Shown here: in pieces, positions 28,433 through 37,400 of the stretch
Numbering within the stretch: the first letter of the stretch is position 1
Layout of the letters: each line of letters begins with the position of its first letter
NCBI GenBank assembly: GCA_017630405.1
Contig: JAGBVH010000024.1
Location: forward strand, 31,638-95,637
Length of the DNA: 64,000 bases
Direction of reading: 5' to 3'
Origin: Alphaproteobacteria bacterium
GTDB taxonomy: Bacteria; Pseudomonadota; Alphaproteobacteria; Rs-D84
The notes under the pieces: model-generated
What the model saw: the letters and a program-made list of their open reading frames with translations, nothing else
Database searches by the model: none
Told to the model about the DNA's origin: nothing
Position numbers and translations under genes: made by a program

Positions 28433-31400
28433 ATGTTTAGATTTCTGCGTTTTTTAGCAGTTTTTGTAGCGTTATTTGTTAGTGCAAATGCGTTAGCTGT
28501 TGGTTTTGTTTGCGAATCGGAACGTACTTATACATCGTGTGTAAGCGGGTATTATTTGTCCGATTGTGGCAGTTATTCCGATGGCCGCACATTGACCGAA
28601 TCGGATTTGTCGGCTGGAAATTCGTGCGTTCTATGCCCAGATGGTTATGACTGTGAAGGTGGTATGAAGTGTCCCTATGATCCGAATGCGGATGAAGATG
28701 ATGGTTTTGTCTGTGATGAAGCGTATTTCTCGTGTGAGTCTGGTTATTATCTGTCTGACTGTGGTGATACAGAGTATGCTTGGGATGGGCGCACTTTGAC
28801 CAAAGATGAAGTTACATTTGGCAACTCTTGTGAAGCCTGTCCAGAAGGTTATGATTGTGAAGGTGGTATGACATGTCCAGCAGGTAGTAATAAGCCGATA
28901 ACCAGCTGTCCAGCCGATCAGTTTTTATCTGATTGTAATAATCTTTCTTCTTGGACAGGCCAGACACTGGATAGTAGTAATTTAAGTGCAAATAATAGTT
29001 GTGTGTCTTGTCCCGATGAATATTCTTGTTCTGGTGGTTTGAGTTGTCCTGCTAGAATAACTGGTGAGTCTGGATTTACTTGTGATTATAAAATATTTAC
29101 GGGGTGTGGAGAAGGGCGTTTCTTGTCCGATTGTGGTGCTTCATCTAATTGGATTGGGCAGACATTGGAAAGAGATGAACTTGAAGCTGGTAATAGTTGT
29201 CTTGCTTGTCCAGATGGTTATGACTGTGAAGGTGGGACGACATGTCCGATTAATATGAATCTGGAGTATTTGTTTGAGGTTATAACTACGTCTGGAACGA
29301 CAAGCTTTAAGTTTAATATCAACGCATCTGGTAATTACTGGGTTGATTGGGGTGATGGCAAGGTTGAAATGAGGAAGTCTGTAGAGTCAACAACCTTTGA
29401 CCATACGTATGCTAGCGCTGGTGCTTATACAATTAAGATTGGTGGTGTGTCTGGATCCTATCCATATGCGGAAGATGATACGCCAGCGATGACATTTTAC
29501 AACAAGACCAATGTTGCGGCTTTGGATGGTAGCCTTGGTAAATTGTTCCCTGTATTAAAGGATTCTGGGGTAAATCCATACTTTGGGTATATGTTCTCGG
29601 GCGCGACTAATTTGAAGCAAATTCCATCGACTCTGTTTTTGGGAATTGGTGATACAGATCGTCCAGCTATGTTTGAAGGTATGTTTGCGAATTCTGGTTT
29701 GACTTCGATTCCTGTCGGTCTGTTCAACAGTATAACTCAACCTGCGGATGGATTGTTTAGTGATATGTTCTTGGGAATTAAAGCGTTAACCAGTTTGCCA
29801 GAAGGTTTGTTTGCTCATATTGATGCGGCCGCGGGCGAAGCAGAATATATGTTCAGCTATACATTTAGTGGTACTGGGCTGACAAGTTTGCCGGATTCGC
29901 TGTTTGGTGAGTTGGAAGCATCTGATGGATTGTTCTCTAATACCTTTTCGAATACACCATTGGAGCAGATTCCTGCGGATTTGTTTAGCGGTGTAACAGG
30001 TGTGGCGCCTGCTATGTATCAGGCTACGTTTGATACTGCTGATGTAAGATCTATACCTGTTGGCTTGTTTGATGGCTTGTATGGTCAGGATAGTATACCG
30101 GATACAATGTTTGAGGGCACGTTTAGTGCGTGTACATCTTTGTCTGGTCCTGCGGCGCGATTCTCGGATAATTTGGGTGGCAAGTTCCTGCACGAGGTTT
30201 GGCCGATGTTGGAAGCCGATATGGGTACATATGCCGATACAAATATTGATAATTTGAAGTATATCCCAACATCTTGGGGTGGTGGTGGCCTTGTAAAGTG
30301 TGCGGCTGGTACATATTTGCCAGAAAATGCATATGTTTGCGAAACCTGTCCAGCTGGCTCATATTGCCCAGGTGTTGATGAGTTGTTTATTGATTCTGTT
30401 GAGCAGGGACGGGTATCTTGTCCTGCGGGTTATACAAGCAATGCAACTGGTAATACCAGTGGTGTAGATTGCTTTGGTGGGTACAAGTTCACAATCGAGA
30501 CTCTGCCTATGACTGGTGCGTTTGAATTGTCTCTGGTATCTGTTAAGGGTAATTATTGGATTGATTGGGGTGATGATACACCGGTGGAATATATACCAGT
30601 AACCGATTTTGCCAACAAAACCGTTCCACACACATATGAAGGTTCTGCTGAGGCGCGCACGATTAAGATTGGCGGTTTGACAACGGAGTATAATCAAGAT
30701 ATGGCGGCATGGAGTTCTGGTGTATTCAAAATCAATGGGAATCAGTATGTGTCGAAGGTTTCGGGCAGTTTGGGTGCCATATTCCCAACAATGTCAGACG
30801 GAACACAGCCTGGATTCTTTAATTTGTTTATGAGCTGTCCAAATCTGACTGAAATTCCATCGACATTGTTTGATGGTGTCCATGGTCAGCCACGTGTCCA
30901 GATGTTCTTTAATTCCTTTGCTGGAACAGGTTTGACATCAATCCCAGAAGGCTTGTTTGCTGGATTGGATGGCGCGCCAACCGAAATGTTGTTTGCAAAT
31001 ACTTTTGCGGGCACCAAAACTACATCGATACCGGATGGACTGTTTGATGGGCTGGACACATCGGCACCAGGTGCAGAAAATATGTTTGCGCAGACATTTT
31101 ATAATTGCACGTCTTTGACTGGTCCTGCGGCGAAAATGTCCGCGGCCAATGGTGGTCAGTATCTGCATAAAATCTGGCCGATGAGTGGTGCGACTATGCA
31201 GACTTATACCGGCACAAATATTGATGGGCTGCGTGCTATCCCAGTGTCTTGGGGTGGCGAGGGTGTCTTGGATTGTGTCGCTGGTACATATCAGTCTGCG
31301 GACGAAACAGAGTGTTTGACATGTGCTTTGGGTGCTTTCTGTGTTGGTGGATTAGCACCACAGGAAACATGCGCTGATGGTACTTATGCTGACGAAACTG

Positions 31401-31558
31401 GCTTGGCAGAATGTAAAGCGTGTGATAAGTTGTATGGAGTTGGCGCTTCGTCGTCCTTGCCTCGTACTTCAATAAATAATTGCTATATTCCAAAGGATGT
31501 GGGGTTAAGTGATGGTAAGGGTAATTTCTCATTTATAGAGAATTGCCAGTATCAGTAA
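28433..31558 (+). CDS. Large secreted cysteine-rich protein, paralog 4, with four N-terminal Cys repeats and an internally duplicated beta-sandwich plus BspA-like leucine-rich repeat module
   Basis: 1041 aa. Signal peptide MFRFLRFLAVFVALFVSANALA. Four ~47-aa CPxGYDCEGG repeats (nt ~28520..29248). Two ~300-aa modules (nt ~29261..30292 and ~30485..31267), each with GNYW(V/I)DWGD, followed by ...LTSIP.GLF... repeats and ...YLH.(V/I)WPM...IP.SWGG. Family C-terminal module ...CYIPKDVGLSDGKGNFSFIENCQYQ. Confidence 0.75.
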   Translation: MFRFLRFLAVFVALFVSANALAVGFVCESERTYTSCVSGYYLSDCGSYSDGRTLTESDLSAGNSCVLCPDGYDCEGGMKCPYDPNADEDDGFVCDEAYFSCESGYYLSDCGDTEYAWDGRTLTKDEVTFGNSCEACPEGYDCEGGMTCPAGSNKPITSCPADQFLSDCNNLSSWTGQTLDSSNLSANNSCVSCPDEYSCSGGLSCPARITGESGFTCDYKIFTGCGEGRFLSDCGASSNWIGQTLERDELEAGNSCLACPDGYDCEGGTTCPINMNLEYLFEVITTSGTTSFKFNINASGNYWVDWGDGKVEMRKSVESTTFDHTYASAGAYTIKIGGVSGSYPYAEDDTPAMTFYNKTNVAALDGSLGKLFPVLKDSGVNPYFGYMFSGATNLKQIPSTLFLGIGDTDRPAMFEGMFANSGLTSIPVGLFNSITQPADGLFSDMFLGIKALTSLPEGLFAHIDAAAGEAEYMFSYTFSGTGLTSLPDSLFGELEASDGLFSNTFSNTPLEQIPADLFSGVTGVAPAMYQATFDTADVRSIPVGLFDGLYGQDSIPDTMFEGTFSACTSLSGPAARFSDNLGGKFLHEVWPMLEADMGTYADTNIDNLKYIPTSWGGGGLVKCAAGTYLPENAYVCETCPAGSYCPGVDELFIDSVEQGRVSCPAGYTSNATGNTSGVDCFGGYKFTIETLPMTGAFELSLVSVKGNYWIDWGDDTPVEYIPVTDFANKTVPHTYEGSAEARTIKIGGLTTEYNQDMAAWSSGVFKINGNQYVSKVSGSLGAIFPTMSDGTQPGFFNLFMSCPNLTEIPSTLFDGVHGQPRVQMFFNSFAGTGLTSIPEGLFAGLDGAPTEMLFANTFAGTKTTSIPDGLFDGLDTSAPGAENMFAQTFYNCTSLTGPAAKMSAANGGQYLHKIWPMSGATMQTYTGTNIDGLRAIPVSWGGEGVLDCVAGTYQSADETECLTCALGAFCVGGLAPQETCADGTYADETGLAECKACDKLYGVGASSSLPRTSINNCYIPKDVGLSDGKGNFSFIENCQYQ

Positions 31559-31618
31559 AAAAAATTGCGTTTGTAAAGTGCAGTCAAAAAGTGTAAAATA
31601 AGGTAAAGCGAGAAAAAT

Positions 31619-32152
31619 ATGGTAAAAAAGATTTTGTTTTCGATTCTGGTTTTATTTTGTGCTGTGCCAATGGCAATGGCTGACTTTTCTTGTGGGGCAG
31701 GATATGTTCTGGCTAAACATAAGGATATAGACGGTATTCCTGCGATGGAATGTCAGAAGTTGTGGTGTCGTGACTTGGAAACGGGCAAGGTTATGGGCAA
31801 GGGAAATACCGCAAATACTGGTTATCAGGCAACAAGCGCGCCGGTTCAGGTTTGTGATGCCAAGGATAATTGTATAGAATGTTGGGGGCAGCGCAGATGG
31901 TGTGCTGGTAATGTGCGTGGGGATTGGAATCCTGAATATGGTGCATATACACGCGGTGGTGACAGTGTGACATATAAATCTTATCAAAAGGGTGGCTGTT
32001 TTGCGTGGCGTTTGCAAAAGGCGGACTGCCCAGATGGTCAGGCGGCCGTTTTGCAGGGTGATGAATGGGTTTGTGTGGTGTCGTCGGGCGGTTCCAGTGC
32101 ACAACGCGCACCGGCTATTCGTAGAACTGGCGCGATTCGAGCCACAAAATAG
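31619..32152 (+). CDS. Small secreted cysteine-rich protein
   Basis: Signal peptide MVKKILFSILVLFCAVPMAMA. 14 Cys in 155 mature residues. No separate terminator from paralog 4, so possibly co-transcribed. Terminator hairpin at 32159..32190. Confidence 0.55.
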   Translation: MVKKILFSILVLFCAVPMAMADFSCGAGYVLAKHKDIDGIPAMECQKLWCRDLETGKVMGKGNTANTGYQATSAPVQVCDAKDNCIECWGQRRWCAGNVRGDWNPEYGAYTRGGDSVTYKSYQKGGCFAWRLQKADCPDGQAAVLQGDEWVCVVSSGGSSAQRAPAIRRTGAIRATK

Positions 32153-32272
32153 TGCTTTTAAGGTCCGAGGTTTCGGACCTTTTATTTTTTTTGTCCATTT
32201 ATTTGTTTTTTTGACTTTTTTGTGATATACTGTTCTGGACAGAGAGAATGACAACCGGATAAAGGTAGTCTT

Positions 32273-32833
32273 ATGCCAAGTAAGAAATTAGATTTTAAAG
32301 CAGGACAGTATGTCGTTTACCCAACACAAGGTGTGGGTAAGTTGTTGCGTATAGAAGAGCAAACAATCGCAGGTCAAAAAATTAAATTGATGGTTATTGA
32401 TTTCGAAAGAAATCATATGACTTTGCGTGTGCCATTGGAACGGGCCGAGATTTCAGGATTGCGTCCTTTGACCAGTGCCAAGAAAATGGACGAAGCAATT
32501 GCGTCAGCCAAGGGCAAGGCGGGTGCCAAGCGTATGATTTGGGCGCGTCGTGCCGCGCAGTATGAAGAAAATATTAACTCGGGCGATCCTATGAAGTTGG
32601 CCGAGGTTGTGCGTGATTTACAGCGCCGTACCGCCGCTGATACGATGACATTTTCTGCACGCCAGTTGTATTTGCGTGCGTTAGAGCGTATGGCCCAAGA
32701 GTTTGCAGTTTTACATAAAATTGATTTGGATTCTGCATCTGAAAAAATTGAAGATATTTTGGGGATTCCAAAAGAAATCGATTTGAATGCTGCGGATGTG
32801 GACGAAGAAGAGATAGAGGAAGAAGATTCCTAG
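32273..32833 (+). CDS. CarD/CdnL-family RNA polymerase-binding transcription factor
   Basis: DFKAGQYVVYPTQGVGKLLRIEEQTIAGQKIKLMVIDFERNHMTLRVPLERAE matches the CarD_CdnL_TRCF N-terminal domain. Acidic C-terminal tail. Confidence 0.8.
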   Translation: MPSKKLDFKAGQYVVYPTQGVGKLLRIEEQTIAGQKIKLMVIDFERNHMTLRVPLERAEISGLRPLTSAKKMDEAIASAKGKAGAKRMIWARRAAQYEENINSGDPMKLAEVVRDLQRRTAADTMTFSARQLYLRALERMAQEFAVLHKIDLDSASEKIEDILGIPKEIDLNAADVDEEEIEEEDS

Positions 32834-32835
32834 AA

Positions 32836-32872
32836 TAAAAAATCCTGCCGATGGCAGGTTTTTTATTTTTTT
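32836..32872. terminator. Bidirectional terminator after the carD-like gene
   Basis: AAAAAATCCTGCC gat GGCAGGTTTTTTATTTTTTTG. Confidence 0.7.
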
Positions 32873-33069
32873 GTTGCCCAAAATAATGCCCAAAGCCAAG
32901 CCAGACCAGACCAACCAAAAAGCCAGCTGCCTAGACGCACAGCGTGCATTGCGGGTTTGCCTTTGCCGTTTTGGCGTGCAACCCATGCGGGGGCTAAAAC
33001 AATCGCGATGATAATAGTTATGCCGGCGGCATATTTTATAATCTGTGAAATAATATTTGCATCTATCAT
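32863..33069 (-). CDS. Small hydrophobic membrane protein (68 aa)
   Basis: Two predicted TM helices (ITIIIAIVLAPAWVA and LGSWLFGWSGLAWLWALFWA). Function unknown. Confidence 0.35.
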   Translation of the reverse strand: MIDANIISQIIKYAAGITIIIAIVLAPAWVARQNGKGKPAMHAVRLGSWLFGWSGLAWLWALFWATKK

Positions 33070-33121
33070 CTTAATAAATTAAGGGGGCTTTTTTATGCCC
33101 CCCATTTCCATTCCGTTTGGA

Positions 33122-34399
<1,278 letters not shown>

Positions 34400-34478
34400 C
34401 TAGTGAATTTCGTCTTGCCTTGATAAAACGAATTGTGCCATAATATAATCACAAATAGGATTGGAAGAAAATAAAAAA

Positions 34479-37400
34479 ATGATGAAAAAGTTAATTTCCT
34501 TGATTTGCTGCTTGTTGCCAATGGGTGCGGTGGCTGGTGTTTCGTATATTTCGCCAAGTGAAACTGGTGGTGCGGTTTCGACTGAACAGGCTGATTGGCC
34601 TGCGGGTTCGAACAATACCGTTGTGGTACAGGAGGCCAGTGGAATTAATGCGCCTGGCGGTTTGTCGTTTCGTGAAATGTATGCGGGGCAGGCGACTGAC
34701 AGTGGCAGTGCGTTGGCTACAGAAGGCGTATTGTATGTGAACCAGTTGTCTGGCGAGGGACCTTTTACGGTTTCTTCTGGTGGTGCTGTATCGCTGAACG
34801 CATTGTTGAGTGTTTTAAATAATAATGAGCTTGCTTTTATTGGTGCTGATAATGGTGCGTATGATTTTACCGTTGGAAATATGGATGTTGCACAGTCGGG
34901 GGCGGTTAATGTGGCGGCAGGTTCTTCTTTGACAGTGAAAAATGCTGATGATTTTGCTGTCTATGGGACTGTTACAAATTCAGGAAATGTCGAGGTTGTT
35001 GCGAATTCCGTTGTTGCCGGTAAATTAGAAGCCGCAGATGGCGATATGGGACTTAGCGCGGCAAATGGTGTGTTTGTTGCTGGTGTTGGTACTGACGCTG
35101 ATGCAAGTGTTACGATTTCGGCAAGTGGCGAAAGTCAGCAAAATATATCTGGTACTGATATTGAGGGCGGAATCATTTCATATGGTACCGTTCAGAATAA
35201 TGGTACGGGCAGCGTAAATCTTAATTCGGCATCTGGTATATATGTTCTTGATGGTGATGCGGATGATGATACAGGGAACCTTGAAAACAATAATGTAGAT
35301 GGTACTTTGACTGTGGCGGGTGCTGATGGTACTGGGGCTGCGGGCGCTTTGATTGTTGATGGAACTATTAACAATTCTGGAAATATGAACGTGAGTGCCG
35401 ATTCGTTGTTGGTCAAAGGCGGTGATAGTGCGACCGGTTCTATTCAAAATACTGGTGATTTAGTTGTCGCTGTGACAAATGAAGCCAATGTTGGTTATGG
35501 TGTTAATTTGTCTGGTATGTCTGCTGATAAAAAGTTTGATTTTACTGCAGGTAGTTTGGCGTTTGGTCAGGATGCGAGCGCAGATATGATTCAGGGGATG
35601 TTTTCAAATGACTTGAATTCATATAATTTGTCTGTTGGCGGTGCGCTGGATTTAAGTCAATCAGATGTTGATATTGTTAACAACTCGGGAAATATGTCTG
35701 TAGGTGCTGGTAATGTCAGTGTTAATAATGTTTCAAATGCGGGACAAGAATTGAAGGTTGTTGCATCTGGTGAGGCTGGCGGTAATGTTGAAGTTGAAGG
35801 ACAAGTTGTAGGTTCGGCTGGTTCTGTGACTAATGTTACGGCAGAAAATGAGTTGAGTGTGGCTGATGCGGTTTCCAATCAAGGAACGATGACATTAAGC
35901 GGTACTACAGTTAAATTAACTTCTGTTTCTAATAGTGGTGCGGATTCTGATTTGACTGTTTCTTCTTCAACTGAAGGTGGGGCTGTTCTGGTTAGTGGTG
36001 AAGTTACAAATGCCGATGGTAATATGTTGGTTCAGGCCGAAGATATTACATTTGGCGCGATGGTGACAAATAATAGTGGTACTATGACAGTAAAGGGTTC
36101 GGATAGTGATAATGGTGCTGTTGCATTCGAGTCTATTGATGTTGCGGGGGGGACAGTTAATATTGATGCACTTGGTGGTGCGGTTTCGTTTGGTGGTAAT
36201 GCGCCATCGCCGGTAGCAGAAGGGGCACAGGCTGATTCTCAGGTTGCGATTAATGTTTCTGGTGGTGTGTTGAATTTTGGAACAAATGTTCGTGATGTTC
36301 AGTCCGCAGAAAATGTAAATATTGATGGCGGATTGTATGCTCGTGAAAATCTGATGACAGAAGCGGGCAGTGTGAATGTTCAATCAACGATGGCTGGTGG
36401 TGCGTCTGCATTTACTTTGGATGCTGGGTCGAATGATGTTGTTTTGGGCAAGGTTGTTGCTGATGGCTCGATTTCCGGCGGTGATATTATAATTGATGAT
36501 GCAACGGTAAAGCGCGGGGTGACTATCTCCGCGGATGGTTTGCATGCGATGGGGGATGTGACTGTTGCGAATTCTGGCAGTATGTTGTCTTTGACAGCGA
36601 ATTCGCTGGATATTGATGGATTGTTGACTGTTGGTGAAGGCAATTCGTTAAATCTTACTGCAGCGCAGGTTTATACCGGTTCGGTTGAATCGCATGGTAA
36701 AATTATGGCAGCAACATCCTTGATTACTGCTGACAATGGCAATGTGTTGTTTGATGGTAATTTATATATGGGTGTGACCGATAGTTATGCTGCTGCTGGT
36801 TTGTTTGCAAATGGTAATACTTTAACCATAACAACTACTGGGACTGATGGTTATGATATCAGTTTTGGTGGTGCACAGATTGCCAATGGTAATACTTTGA
36901 CAGTCAGCGCAAGCGGTGATGTTTCATTTGGTACAGAAATGAATAATGCTGGTGTTGTGACAATGAACGCTGATAATGCTTCGTTTGCGGCTGTCACGAA
37001 TTCAGGAACAACTACAGTGATTGTGACCGAAGATATTACAGCAACTGGCACAATTGATAATGACAAGAATTTGATTATGACAGCGGCTGATTTTAATTTG
37101 GCCAATGTTGATAATAGCGATACTTTGAATATCAATTCATTGGCAGGAACTGTGACGATGGCGGATGTGGATAACACAAGTTCTATGGTTGTTGCTGGTG
37201 CCAAGGCGATTGTAGCTGGCGATATTGAAAATAATGCTGGTGTTATGAATCTTAATGCCACAGAAAGCATCAACGGACAAAGTTTGGCGATTTCTGGTAC
37301 TGGTGCTAAGGCGACATTGAATACGGCAAAGGCTGAGTTTGCAAATGCTGTTAGTGTTGCTGGCGATATGGTCCAGGGCGCAACAAGTGGCGCGTTGAAT

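Noticed and set aside
9000-32000. RGD tripeptides in the large secreted protein (GPRGDTT) and the small Cys-rich protein (NVRGDWN) as integrin-binding motifs
   Set aside because: Tripeptide matches are expected by chance in proteins of this size. Without structural context this is not evidence of integrin targeting.
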